DNA from: Eledone cirrhosa
Lineage: Eukaryota
NCBI GenBank assembly: GCA_964016885.1
Contig: OZ024743.1
Span: forward strand, 338,086,001-338,150,000
Reading direction: 5' to 3'
Length of the DNA: 64,000 bases
How positions within the stretch are numbered: the stretch's first letter is position 1; every line of letters begins with the position of its first letter. Shown one piece after another: positions 1 through 16,363 of the stretch. Below the pieces are notes generated by a model that worked only from the letters and a program-made list of their open reading frames with translations, had not been told where the DNA came from and searched no databases. Both the position numbers and the translations under genes were made by a program.

Positions 1-3000
1 CACTACACCACAACCCTTTTCATCGTCACCAACACCATTTTTTTACCAACACTATACCACAACCCTTGTCATCATCATTACCACCACCACCACTTTTATT
101 ACCAACACTACACCACAACCCTTTTCATCAACATTATCACCACCATTTTTATTACCAACACTACACCACAACCCTTCTCATCATCATCATCACCACAATT
201 TTTATTACCAACACAACACCACAACCATTTTCATCATCATCATCACCACCATTTTTGTTACCAAAACTACACCACACCCGTTTTCATCATCATCATCACC
301 ACCATTTTTATTACCAACACTACACCACAACCCTTTTCATCATCATCATCAACACCATTTTTATGACCAACACTACACCACAACCCTTTTCATCATCATC
401 ACCACCACCATTTTTATTACCAACACTACACCACAACCCTTTTCATCATCATCATCACCACCACCATTTTTATTACCAACACTACACCACAACCCTTTTC
501 ATCATCATCATCAACACCATTTTTATTACCAACACTACACCACAACCCTTTTCATCATCATCATCATCACCATCATTTTTATTACCAACACTACACCACA
601 ACCCTTTTCATCATCATCATCACCACCATTTTTATTACGAACACTATACCACAACCCTTTCCATCATCATCATCACCACCACCATTTTTATTACCAACAC
701 TACACCACAACGCTTTTCATCACCATCAACACCACCATTTTTATTACCAACACTACGCCACAACGCTTTTCATCATCAACACCACCACCATTTTTTTACC
801 CACACTACACCACACCCGTTTTTATCATCAGCATCACCACCATTTATATTACCAACACTACACCACAACCCTTTTCATCATCATCATCACCACCACCATT
901 TTGTTACAAACATTACACCACAACCCTTTTCATCATCACCATCACCACCACCATTTTTATTACCAACACTACACCACAACCCTTTTCATCATCATCACCA
1001 CCACCATTTTTATTACCAACACTACACCACAACCCTTTTCATCATTATCACCACCACCATTTTTATTACCAACACTACACCACAACTCTTTTCAACATCA
1101 TCATCCCCACCATTTTTATTACCAACACTACACCACAACCCTTTTCATCATCATCACCACCACCATTTCTATTACCATCACTACACCACAACCCTTTTCA
1201 TCATCATCAACACCACCACCATTTTTTTACGAACACTACACCACACCCGTTTTCATCATCATCATCACCACCATTTTTATTACCAACACTACACCACAAC
1301 CCTTCTCAACATCATCACCACCATTTTTATTACCAACACTACACCACAACCCTTTTCATCGTCACCAACACCATTTTTTTACCAACACTATACCACAACC
1401 CTTGTCATCATCATTACCACCACCACCACTTTTATTACCAACACTACACCACAACCCTTTTCATCAACATTATCACCACCATTTTTATTACCAACACTAC
1501 ACCACAACCCTTCTCATCATCATCATCACCACAATTTTTATTACCAACACAACACCACAACCATTTTCATCATCATCATCACCACCATTTTTGTTACCAA
1601 AACTACACCACACCCGTTTTCATCATCATCATCACCACCATTTTTATTACCAACACTACACCACAACCCTTTTCATCATCATCATCAACCCCATTTTTAT
1701 GACCAACACTACACCACAACCCTTTTCATCATCATCACCACCACCATTTTTATTACCAACACTACACCACAACCCTTTTCATCATCATCATCACCACCAC
1801 CATTTTTATTACCAACACTACACCACAACCCTTTTCATCATCATCATCACCACCATTTTTATTACGAACACTATACCACAACCCTTTCCATCATCATCAT
1901 CACCACCACCATTTTTATTACCAACACTACACCACAACGCTTTTCATCACCATCAACACCACCATTTTTATTACCAACACTACGCCACAACGCTTTTCAT
2001 CATCAACACCACCACCATTTTTTTACCCACACTACACCACACCCGTTTTTATCATCAGCATCACCACCATTTATATTACCAACACTACACCACAACCCTT
2101 TTCATCATCATCATCACCACCACCATTTTGTTACAAACATTACACCACAACCCTTTTCATCATCACCATCACCACCACCATTTTTATTACCAACACTACA
2201 CCACAACCCTTTTCATCATCATCACCACCACCATTTTTATTACCAACACTACACCACAACCCTTTTCATCATTATCACCACCACCATTTTTATTACCAAC
2301 ACTACACCACAACTCTTTTCAACATCATCAACACCACCATTTTTATTACCAACACTACACCACAATCCTTTTCATCATCATCACCACCACCATTTTTATT
2401 ACCATCACTACACCACAACCCTTTTCATCATCATCAACACCACCACCATTTTTTTACGAACACTACACCACACCCGTTTTCATCATCATCATCACCACCA
2501 TTTTTATTACCAACACTACACCACAACCCTTCTCAACATCATCACCACCATTTTATTACCAACACTACACCACAACCCTTTTCATCGTCACCACCACCAT
2601 TTTTTTACCAACACTATACCACAACCCTTGTCATCATCATTACCACCACCACCACTTTTATTACCAACACTACACCACAACCCTTTTCATCATCATCACC
2701 ACCACCATTTTTATTACCAACACTACACCACAACCCTTTTCATCATCATCACCACCACCATTTTTATTACCAACTCTACACCACAACCCTTTTCATCATC
2801 AACACCACCACCATTTTTTTACCAACACTACACCACACCCGCTTTCATCATCATCAGCACCACCATTTTTATTACCAACACTACACCACAACCCTTCTCA
2901 ACATCATCACCACCACAATTTTTGTTACCAAAACTACACCACGCCCGTTTTCATCATCATCATCACCACCGTATTTATTACCAACACTACACCACATCCC

Positions 3001-6000
3001 TTTTCATCATCATCACCACCACAATTTTTATTACCAACACTACACCACAACCCTTTTCATTACCATCAACACCACCATTTTTATTACCAACACTACACCA
3101 CAACCCTTCTCATCATCATCATCACCACCATTTTTATTACAAACACTACAACACAACCCTTTTCATCGTCATCACCACCACCATTTTTATTACCAACACT
3201 ACACCACAACCCTTCTCATCATCATCCTCACCACCATTTTTATTACTAACACTACACCACAACCCTTTTCATCATCATCATCACCACCACCAATTTTATT
3301 ACCAACACTACACCACAACCCTTTTCATCATCATCATCACCACTACCATTTTTATTACCAACACTACACCACAACCCTTTTCATCGTCATCATCACCACC
3401 ACCATTTTTATTACCAACACTACACCACAACGCTTTGCATCACCATCACCACCACCATTTTTATTACCAACACTACACCACAACCCTTTTCATCATCATC
3501 ACCACCACCATTTTTATTACCAACACTACACCACAACCCTTTTCATCATTATCACCACCACCATTTTTATTACCAACACTACACCACAACTCTTTTCAAC
3601 ATCATCATCCCCACCATTTTTATTACCAACACTACACCACAACCCTTTTCATCATCATCACCACCACCATTTCTATTACCATCACTACACCACAACCCTT
3701 TTCATCATCATCAACACCACCACCATTTTTTTACGAACACTACACCACACCCGTTTTCATCATCATCATCACCACCATTTTTATTACCAACACTACACCA
3801 CAACCCTTCTCAACATCATCACCACCATTTTTATTACCAACACTACACCACAACCCTTTTCATCGTCACCAACACCATTTTTTTACCAACACTATACCAC
3901 AACCCTTGTCATCATCATTACCACCACCACCACTTTTATTACCAACACTACACCACAACCCTTTTCATCAACATTATCACCACCATTTTTATTACCAACA
4001 CTACACCACAACCCTTCTCATCATCATCATCACCACAATTTTTATTACCAACACAACACCACAACCATTTTCATCATCATCATCACCACCATTTTTGTTA
4101 CCAAAACTACACCACACCCGTTTTCATCATCATCATCACCACCATTTTTATTACCAACACTACACCACATCCCATTTCATCATCATCACCACCACCATTT
4201 GTATTACCAACACTACACCCCAACCCTTTTCATTACCATCAACACCACCATTTTTATTACCAACACTACACCACAACCCTTTTCATCACCACCACCATTT
4301 TAATTACCATCACTACACCACAACCCTTTTCATCATCATCATCATCACCACCATTTTTATTACCAACACTACACCACAACCCTTTTCATCGTCATCATCA
4401 CCACCACCATTTTTATTACCAACACTACACCACAACTCTTTTTAACATCATCATCACCACCATTTTTATTACCAACACTACACCACAACTCTTTTCAACA
4501 TCATCATCACCACCATTTTTATTACCAACACTACACCACCACCCTTTTCATCATCATCATCACCACCATTTTTATTACCAACACTACCCCACAACCCTTT
4601 TCATCACCACCACCATTTTAATTACCATCCCTACACCACAACCCTTTTCATCATCATCATCATCACCACCATTTTTATTACCAACACTACACCACAACCC
4701 TTTTCATCATCATCATCACCACCACCATTTTTATTACCAACACTACACCACAACCCTTTTCATCATCATCATCACCACCACCATTTTTATTACCAACACT
4801 ACACCACAACTCTTTGATCATCATCATCACCACCATTTTTATTACCAACACTACACCACAACCCTTTTCATCGTCACCACCACCATTTTTTTACCAACAC
4901 TACACCACAACCCTTGTCATCATCATCACCACCACCACCACTTTTATTACCAACACTACACCACCTACCCTTTTCATCATCATCATCACCACCATTTTTA
5001 TTACCAACACTACACCACAACCCTTCTCATCATCATCATCACCACCATTTTTGTTACCAAAACTACACCACACCCGTTTTCATCATCATCATCACCACAA
5101 TTTTTATTACCAACACTACATCCCAACCCTTTTCATTACCATCAACACCACCGCCATTTGTATTACCAACACTACACCACGACCCTTTTCATCGTCACCA
5201 CCACCATTTTTATTACCAACACTACACCACAACCCTTTTCATCATCATCATCACCACCACCATTTTTATTACCAACACTACACCACAACCCTTTTCATCA
5301 TCATCATCAACACCATTTTTATTACCAACACTACACCACAACCCTTTTCATCATCATCATCATCACCACCATTTTTATTACCAACACTACACCACACCCG
5401 TTTTCATCATCATCATCACCACCATTTTTATTACCGACACTACACCACAACCCTTTTCATCATCATCATCACCACCACCATTTTTATTACCAACACTACA
5501 CCACAACCCTTTTCATCGTCATCACCACCACCATTTTTATTACCAACACTACACCACAACTCTTTGCTCATCATCATCACCACTATTTTTATTACCAACA
5601 CTACACCACAACCCTTTTCATCGTCACCACCACCATTTTTTTACCAACACTACACCACAACCCTTGTCGTCATCATCATTACCACCACCACCACTTTTAT
5701 TACCAACACTACACCACATCCCATTTCATCATCATCACCACCACAATTTGTATTTCAACACTACACCCCAACCCTTTTCATTACCATCAACACCACCATT
5801 TTTATTACCAACACTACACCACGACCCTTTTCATCGTCACAACCACCATTTTTATTACCAACACTACACCACAACCCTTTTCATCATCATCATCACCACC
5901 ACCACTTTCATTACCAACACTACACCACAACCCTTTTCATGATCATCATCACCACCACCATTTTGATTACCAACGCTGTAACCACAACCCTTTTCATCAT

Positions 6001-9000
6001 TATCAGCACCACTATTTTTATTACCAACACTACACCACAACCCTTTTCATCATCATCATCACCACCATTTTTATTACCAACACTACACCACAACCCTTTA
6101 CCTCATCATCACCACCACCATTTTTATTACCAACACTACACCACAACACTTTTCATCATTATCACCACCACCATTTTTATTACCAACACTACACCACAAC
6201 TCTTTTCAACATCATCATCACCACCATTTTTATTACCAACACTACACCACAACTCTTTTCAACATCATCATCACCACCATTTTTATTACCAACACTACAC
6301 CACCACCCTTTTCATCATCATCATCACCACCATTTTTATTACCAACACTACACCACATCCCTTTTCATCATCATTACCATCACTACACCACAACCCTTTT
6401 CATCATCATCATCATCACCACCATTTTTATTACCAACACTACACCACAACCCTCTTCATCATCATCAACACCACCACCATTTTTTTACCAACACTACACC
6501 ACACCCGTTTTCATCATCATCATCACCATTTTTATTACCAACACTACACCACAACCCTTTTCATCATCATCATCACCACCACCATTTTTATTACCAACAC
6601 TACACCACAACCCTTTTCATCATCATCATCACCACCACCATTTTTATTACCAACACTACACCACAACTCTTTGATCATCATCATCACCACCATTTTTATT
6701 ACCAACACTACACCACAACCCTTTTCATCGTCACCACCACCATTTTTTTACCAACACTACACCACAACCCTTGTCATCATCATCACCACCACCACCACTT
6801 TTATTACCAACACTACACCACAACCCTTTTCATCATCATCATCACCACCATTTTTATTACCAACACTACACCACAACCCTTCTCATCATCATCATCACCA
6901 CCATTTTTGTTACCAAAACTACACCACACCCGTTTTCATCATCATCATCACCACAATTTTTATTACCAACACTACACCCCAACCCTTTTCATTACCATCA
7001 ACACCACCACCATTTTTATTACCAACACTACACCACGACCCTTTTTATCGTCACCACCACCATTTTTATTACCAACACTACACCACAACCCTTTTCATCA
7101 TCATCATCACCACCACCATTTTTATTACCAACACTACACCACAACCCTTTTCATCATCATCATCAACACCATTTTTATTACCAACACTACACCACAACCC
7201 TTTTCATCATCATCATCATCACCACCATTTTTATTACCAACACTACACCACAACCCTTTTCATCATCATCACCACCACCATTTTTATTACCAACACTACA
7301 CCACAACCCTTTTCATCATCATCATCACTACCACCATTTTTATTACCAACACTACACCACAACCCTTTTCATCATCATCATCAACACCATTTTTATGACC
7401 AACACTACACCACAACCCTTTTCATCATCATCACCACCACCATTTTTATTACCAACACTACACCACAACCCTTTTCATCATCATCATCACCACCACCATT
7501 TTTATTACCAACACTACACCACAACCCTTTTCATCATCAGCATCAACACCATTTTTATTACCAACACTACACCACAACCCTTTTCATCATCATCATCATC
7601 ACCACCATTTTTATTACCAACACTACACCACAACCGTTTTCATCATCATCATCACCACCATTTTTATTACCAACACTACACCACAACCCTTTTCATCATC
7701 ATCATCATCACCACCATTTTTATTACCAACACTACACCACAACCCTTTTCATCATCATCATCACCACCATTTTTATTACGTACACTATACCACAACCCTT
7801 TCCATCATCATCATCACCACCACCATTTTTATTACCAACACTACACCACAACGCTTTTCATCACCATCAACACCACCATTTTTATTACCAACACTACGCC
7901 ACAACGCTTTTCATCATCAACACCACCACCATTTTTTTACCCACACTACACCACACCCGTTTTTATCATCAGCATCACCACCATTTATATTACCAACACT
8001 ACACCACAACCCTTTTCATCATCATCATCACCACCACCATTTTGTTACAAACATTACACCACAACCCTTTTCATCATCATCATCACCACCACCATTTATA
8101 TTACCAACACTACACCACAACCCTTTTCATCATCATCATCACCACCACCATTTTTATTACCAACACTACACCACAACCCTTTTCGTCATCATCATCACCA
8201 CCATTTTTAGTACCAACACTACACCACAACCCTTCTCATTATCATCATCACCACCATTTTTCTTACCAACACTACACCACAACCCTTTTCATCAACATCA
8301 CCACCACCATTTTTATTACCAACACTACACCACATCCCTTTTCATCATCATCACCACCACCATTTTTATTACCAACACTACACAACAACCCTTTTCATCA
8401 TCATCATCACCACCATTTTTATTACCAACACTACACCACATCCCTTCTCATCATCATCATCACCACCATTTTTATTACCAACACTACACCACAACCCTTT
8501 TCATCGTCATCACCACCACCATTTTTATTACCAACACTACTCCACAACCCTTCTCATCATTATCATCACCACCATTTTTATTACCAACACTACACCACAA
8601 CCCTTTTCATCGTTATCACCACCACAATTTTTATTACCAACACTACGCCACAACCCTTTTCAACATCGTCATCACCACCACCATTTTTATTACCAACACT
8701 ACACCACAACCCTTTTCATCGTCATCACCATCACCATTTTTATTACCCACACTACACCACAACCCTTCTCATCATCATCATCACCACCATTTTTATTACC
8801 AACACTACACCACAACCCTTTTCATCATCATCACCACCACCATTTTTATTACCAACACTACACCACAACCCTTCTCAACATCATCACCACCACCATTCTT
8901 GTTACCAAAACTACACCACGCCCGTTTTCATCACCATCACCACCACCATTTTTATTACCAACACTACACCACAACCCTTTTCATCATCATCACCACCACC

Positions 9001-12000
9001 ATTTTTATTACCAACACTACACCACAACCCTTTTCATCATTATCACCACCACCATTTTTATTACCAACACTACACCACAACTCTTTTCAACATCATCAAC
9101 ACCACCATTTTTATTACCAACACTACACCACAATCCTTTTCATCATCATCACCACCACCATTTTTATTACCATCACTACACCACAACCCGTTTTCATCAT
9201 CATCAGCACCACCATTTTTATTACCATCACTACACCACGACCCTTTTCATCATCATCATCACCACAACCCTTTTCATCATCATATTCACCACCATTTTTA
9301 TTACCAACACTACACCACAACCCTTCTCAACATCATCACCACCACCATTTTTGTTACCAAAACCACATCACACCCGTTTTCATCACCATCACCACCACCA
9401 TTTTTATTACCAACACTACACCACAACCCTTTTCATCATCATCACCACCACCATTTTTATTACCAACACTACACCACAACCCTTTTCATCATTATCACCA
9501 CCACCATTTTTATTACCAACACTACACCACAACTCTTTTCAACATCATCAACACCACCATTTTTATTACCAACACTACACCACAATCCTTTTCATCATCA
9601 TCACCACCACCATTTTTATTACCATCACTACACCACAACCCTTTTCATCATCATCAACACCACCACCATTTTTTTACGAACACTACACCACACCCGTTTT
9701 CATCATCATCATCACCACCATTTTTATTACCAACACTACACCACAACCCTTCTCAACATCATCACCACCATTTTTATTACCAACACTACACCACAACCCT
9801 TTTCATCGTCACCACCACCATTTTTTTACCAACACTATACCACAACCCTTGTCATCATCATTACCACCACCACCACTTTTATTACCAACACTACACCACA
9901 ACCCTTTTCATCATCATCACCACCACCATTTTTATTACCAACACTACACCACAACCCTTTTCATCATCATCACCACCACCATGTTTATTACCAACTCTAC
10001 ACCACAACCCTTTTCATCATCAACACCACCACCATTTTTTTACCAACACTACACCACACCCGTTTTCATCATCATCAGCACCACAATTTTTATTACCAAC
10101 ACTACACCACAACCCTTTTCATTACCATCAACACCACCATTTTTATTACCAACACTACACCACAACCCTTCTCATCATCATCATCACCACCATTTTTATT
10201 ACAAACACTACACCACAACCCTTTTCATCGTCATCACCACCACCATTTTTATTACCAACACTACACCACAACCCTTTTCATCATCATCACCACCACCATG
10301 TTTATTACCAACTCTACACCACAACCCTTTTCATCATCAACACCACCACCATTTTTTTACCAACACTACACCACACCCGTTTTCATCATCATCAGCACCA
10401 CAATTTTTATTACCAACACTACACCACAACCCTTTTCATTACCATCAACACCACCATTTTTATTACCAACACTACACCACAACCCTTCTCATCATCATCC
10501 TCACCACCATTTTTATTACTAACACTACACCACAACCCTTTTCATCATCATCATCACCACCACCAATTTTATTACCAACACTACACCACAACCCTTTTCA
10601 TCATCATCATCACCACTACCATTTTTATTACCAACACTACACCACAACCCTTTTCATCGTCATCATCACCACCACCATTTTTATTACCAACACTACACCA
10701 CAACCCTTTTCATCTTCATCATCAACACAACAATTTTTATTACCAACACTACACCATGCCCGTTTTCATCCCCATCATCACCACCACCATTTTTATTACC
10801 AACACTACACCACAACGCTTTGCATCACCATCACCACCACCATTTTTATTACCAACACTACACCACAACCCTTTTCATCATCATCATCACCACCACCATT
10901 TTTATTACCAACACTACACCACAACCCTTTTCATCATTATCACCACCACCATTTTTATTACCAACACTACACCACAACTCTTTTCAACATCATCATCCCC
11001 ACCATTTTTATTACCAACACTACACCACAACCCTTTTCATCATCATCACCACCACCATTTCTATTACCATCACTACACCACAACCCTTTTCATCATCAAC
11101 ACCACCACCATTTTTTTACGAACACTACACCACACACGTTTTCATCATCATCATCACCACCATTTTTATTACCAACACTACACCACAACCCTTCTCAACA
11201 TCATCACCACCATTTTTATTACCAACACTACACCACAACCCTTTTCATCGTCACCAACACCATTTTTTTACCAACACTATACCACAACCCTTTTCATCAT
11301 CATTACCACCACCACCACTTTTATTACCAACACTACACCACAACCCTTTTCATCAACATTATCACCACCATTTTTATTACCAACACTACACCACAACCCT
11401 TCTCATCATCATCATCACCACAATTTTTATTACCAACACTACACCACAACCATTTTCATCATCATCATCACCACCATTTTTGTTACCAAAACTACACCAC
11501 GACCCTTTTCATCGTCACCACCACCATTTTTATTACCAACACTACACCACAACCCTTTTCATCATCATCATCACCACCACCTCTTTTATTACCAACACTA
11601 CACCACAACCCTTTTCATCATCATCATCACCACCACCATTTTTATTACCAACACTACACCACATCCCTTTTCATCATCATGATCACCACCACCACTTTTA
11701 TTACCAACACTACACCACAACCCTTTTCATCATCATTATCACCACCACCTCTTTTATTACCAACACTACACCACAACCCTTTTCATCGTCATCATCACCA
11801 CCACCATTTTTATTACCAACACTACACCACACCCGTTTTCATCCCCATCATCACCACCACCATTTTTATTACCAACACTACACCACAACCCTTTTCATCA
11901 TCATCATCATCACCACCACCATTTTTATTACCAACACTGAAACCACAACCCTTTTCATCATTATCAGCACCACCATTTTTATTACCAACACTACACCACA

Positions 12001-13170
12001 ACCCTTTTCATTATCATCATCACCGCCATTTTTATTACCAACACTACACCACAACCCTTCTCATCATCATCACACCACCATTTTTATTACCAACACTACA
12101 CCACAACCCTTTTCTTCATCATCACACCACCATTTTTATTACCAACACTACACCACAACCCTTTTCAACATCATCACCACCACCATTTTTATTACCAACA
12201 CTACACCACAACCCTTTTCATCATCATCATCACCACCACCATTTTTATTACCAACACTACACCACAACCCTTTTCATCATCATCACCACCACCATTTTTA
12301 TTACCAACACTGCACCACAACCCTTTTCATCATCATCATCACCACCACCATTTTTATTACCAACACTACACCACAACCCTTTTCATCATCATCATCACCA
12401 CCACCATTTTTATTACCAACACTACACCACAACCCTATTCATCATCATCATCACCACCACCATTTTTATTACCAACACTACACCACAACCCTTTTCATCA
12501 TCATCATCACCACCACCATTTTTATTACCAACACTACACCACAACCCTTTTCAACATCATCACCACCACCATTTTTATTACCAACACTACACCACAACCC
12601 TTTTCATCATCATCATCACCACCACCATTTTTATTACCAACACTACACCACAACCCTTATCATCATCATCACCACCACCATTTTTATTACCAACACTACA
12701 CCACAACCCTTTTCATCATCATCATCACCACCATTTTTATTACCAACACTGCACCACAACCCTTTTCATCATCATCATCACCACCACCATTTTTATTACC
12801 AACACTACACCACAACCCTTTTCATCATCATCATCACCACCACCATTTTTATTACCAACACTACACCACAACCCTATTCATCATCATCATCACCACCACC
12901 ATTTTTATTACCAACACTACACCACAACCCTATTCATCATCATCATCACCACCACCATTTTTATTACCAACACTACACCACAACCCTTTTCAACATCATC
13001 ACCACCACCATTTTTATTACCAACACTACACCACAACCCTTTTCATCATCATCATCACCACCACCATTTTTATTACCAACACTACACCACAACCCTTATC
13101 ATCATCATCACCACCACCATTTTTATTACCAACACTACACCACAACCCTTTTCATCATCATCACCACCAC
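1..13170. repeat. Tandem satellite, monomer ~50-56 bp (TTTTATTACCAACACTACACCACAACCCTTTT(CAT)n(CAC)nCAT), with kb-scale higher-order duplications; runs off the 5' edge of the window
   Basis: The monomer is directly visible and its length varies in 3-nt steps. Variant blocks recur: 1-300 matches 3841-4140, with similar blocks at ~1337 and ~11225. The + strand is almost G-free, which explains the spurious stop-free ORFs. Confidence 0.98.
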
Positions 13171-13424
13171 CACAACAACCACCATCATCATCATGATCTT
13201 CATCATCACCATTATTATGACTCCCATCACCCCCATCATAATCATCATCATCACCACCACCATAATCATCATTATCATAATCACCACCATCAACATCATC
13301 ATTATCGTCAACAACAATCCCACCACCACCATCACCATCACTATCAAGGCCATCATCATCATAATTATCATTATCATCACCCCCACCACCATTATCTTCC
13401 TCGTCCTCATCATTACCAACCCCA

Positions 13425-15330
13425 TTTATCGTCACCACCGCCACCATCAGTACCACCACCACCACCACCACTATCATTACCATCATTATCGTCACCACCG
13501 CCACCATCAGTACCACCACCACCACCACCACTATCATTACCATCATTATCGTCACCACCGCCACCATCAGTACCACCACCACCACCACCACTATCATTAC
13601 CATCATTATCGTCACCACTGCCACCATCAGTAACACCACCACCACCACCACCACCACTATCATGACCATCATTATCGTCACCACCGCCACCATCAGTACC
13701 ACCACCACCACCACCACTATCATTACCATCATTATCGTCACCACCGCCACCATCAGTACCACCACCACCACCACCACTATCATTACCATCATTATCGTCA
13801 CCACCGCCACCATCAGTACCACCACCACCACCACCACTATCATTACCATCATTATCGTCACCACCGCCACCATCAGTGCCACCACCACCACCACCACCAC
13901 TATCATTACCATCATTATCGGCACCACCGCCACCATCAGTACTACCACCACCACCACCACTATCATTACCATCATTATCGTCACCACTGCCACCATCAGT
14001 GCCACCACCACCACCACCACTATCATTACCATCATTATCGTCACCACCGCCACCATCAGTGCCACCACCACCACCACCACCACTATCATTACCATCATTA
14101 TCGGCACCACCGCCACCATCAGTACTACCACCACCACCACCACTATCATTACCATCATTATCGTCACCACTGCCACCATCAGTGCCACGACCACCACCAC
14201 CACTATCATTACCATCATTATCGTCACCACCGCCACCATCAGTAACACCACCACCACCACCACCACCACTATCATGACCATCATTATCGTCACCACTGCC
14301 ACCATCAGTACCACCACCACCACCACCACTATCATTACCATCATTATCGTCACCACTGCCACCATCAGTAACACCACCACCACCACCACCACCACTATCA
14401 TGACCATCATTATCGTCACCACCGCCACCATCAGTACCACCACCACCACCACCACTATCATGACCATCATTATCGTCACCACCGCCACCATCAGTACCAC
14501 CACCACCACCACCACTATCATTACCATCATTATCGTCACCACCGCCACCATCAGTACCACCACCACCACCACCACTATCATTACCATCATTATCGTCACC
14601 ACCGCCACCATCAGTACCACCACCACCACCACCACTATCATTACCATCATTATCGTCACCACCGCCACCATCAGTGCCACCACCACCACCACCACCACTA
14701 TCATTACCATCATTATCGGCACCACCGCCACCATCAGTACTACCACCACCACCACCACTATCATTACCATCATTATCGTCACCACTGCCACCATCAGTGC
14801 CACCACCACCACCACCACTATCATTACCATCATTATCGTCACCACCGCCACCATCAGTGCCACCACCACCACCACCACCACTATCATTACCATCATTATC
14901 GGCACCACCGCCACCATCAGTACTACCACCACCACCACCACTATCATTACCATCATTATCGTCACCACTGCCACCATCAGTGCCACGACCACCACCACCA
15001 CTATCATTACCATCATTATCGTCACCACCGCCACCATCAGTAACACCACCACCACCACCACCACCACTATCATGACCATCATTATCGTCACCACTGCCAC
15101 CATCAGTACCACCACCACCACCACCACTATCATTACCATCATTATCGTCACCACTGCCACCATCAGTAACACCACCACCACCACCACCACCACTATCATG
15201 ACCATCATTATCGTCACCACCGCCACCATCAGTACCACCACCACCACCACCACTATCATTACCATCATTATCGTCACCACCGCCACCATCAGTACTGCCA
15301 CCACCACTATCATCATCATCATCGTCGTCG
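13425..15330. repeat. 60-bp (60-66) minisatellite ATCGTCACCACCGCCACCATCAGTA(CCA)nCTATCATTACCATCATT with a ~798-bp higher-order duplication
   Basis: Consecutive 60-nt lines are identical. ORFs 13876..14277 and 14674..15075 are identical and 798 bp apart. Confidence 0.97.
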
Positions 15331-15419
15331 TAATCAGCACCATTGCCGCCAAAAGCAAGGGTTGTTTTCATCTCTTCTAGAAAGGTCTCTGACACCATAT
15401 TGTGAAGAAATGTTGATTG

Positions 15420-15592
<173 letters not shown>

Positions 15593-15943
15593 GTGAAAGA
15601 CTGAGAAATACAGAAAAATAAAGAAACAAAGAAACAAAGAAATAAAGAACGAAAAGAGACCCAAAATTGCCAAAAACAACAAGAAACAAACAAAAATAAA
15701 TATTAGATAAAAGCAAGTACACGCAATATTGGTGTTCAGTGTGTAGATACAGCAAGTGGGTAGACATAATATTAACTAGAAGTGTATATCTACACATACA
15801 TATATCTATGTGTAGATGTTTATATAAGTGTGTGTAGTTTATAATTGTAAATCTATATGAAATAGACTTATATGATTATATAAGTGCCATCTCTATATCT
15901 TTGTATCTGTTTCTTTCTCCCCACCTCTCTCACACACACGCGC

Positions 15944-16015
<72 letters not shown>

Positions 16016-16017
<2 letters not shown>

Positions 16018-16190
16018 CGAAGGAATTGTGGTAAGGAACCAGATGGACCATAACGCACTAAAGTACTCAATACTTAGGGTAGTAGAGTGGGTAATAAGAA
16101 CAAGTATGACGGCTATTTCTGGACTAAATAGTCCAGAAATAGCCGTCGAAACGGCTTGAGCTCTGCCGTCGGGGTCATACTTGTTCTTAT
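16016..16190. mobile_element. PLE pseudo-LTR-derived fold-back mini-element (family P1) in a (TA)n array, carrying the 3' half of a hammerhead (GAAA-CGGC..GCCG-TC)
   Basis: Homologous to 16841-17116 and 53222-53422. Contains the hairpin GACGGCTATTTCTGGAC/GTCCAGAAATAGCCGTC followed by GAAACGGC-TTGAGCTCT-GCCGTC. (TA)n on both sides. Confidence 0.65.
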
Positions 16191-16232
16191 ATATATATAT
16201 TTAGTTATGTAATAAACAACATAAGGCAATTA

Positions 16233-16292
16233 TTTAATTTACCAGTGGTTTCTTAAAAGCAAAAAATTTTGCTTTCAATCATCAGAATGAAA
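16233..16292 (-). ncRNA. Type I hammerhead ribozyme with intact core
   Basis: The minus strand reads TTTCATT-CTGATGA-[TTGAAAGCAAAA/TTTTGCTTTTAA stem II]-GAAA-CC ACT GG-TA-AATTAAA. Stem I pairs 6/7 and the cleavage triplet is GUA. Confidence 0.75.
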
Positions 16293-16302
16293 AAATCCTG
16301 TT

Positions 16303-16363
16303 TTTCATTCTGATGATTGAAAGCAAAATTTTTTTGCTTTTAAAAAACCACTGGTAAATGAAA
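16303..16363 (+). ncRNA. Hammerhead ribozyme copy with a GAAA->AAAA core change (likely inactive)
   Basis: Reads TTTCATT-CTGATGA-stem II-AAAA-CCACTGG-TA-AATGAAA. Stem I is a perfect 7 bp, but G12 is replaced by A. Confidence 0.65.

Noticed and set aside
1-13170. CRISPR-like array (constant ~30-bp block plus variable part)
   Set aside because: The variable parts are only CAT/CAC triplet-count variants, not unique spacers. There are no cas genes and the context is eukaryotic.
66-13633. Giant His/Thr/Ser-rich ORFs (up to 1902 aa) as real proteins
   Set aside because: They are translations of a G-free satellite that is open in all three frames, and the same peptides rotate between frames. Most starts are non-ATG and there is no gene structure.
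16310-16322. CTGATGA-TT-GAAA read as a stem-II-less minimal hammerhead
   Set aside because: That register gives no stem I pairing. The alternative register, with a long stem II and the later GAAA/AAAA-CCACTGG-TA, gives a 7-bp stem I and was adopted.
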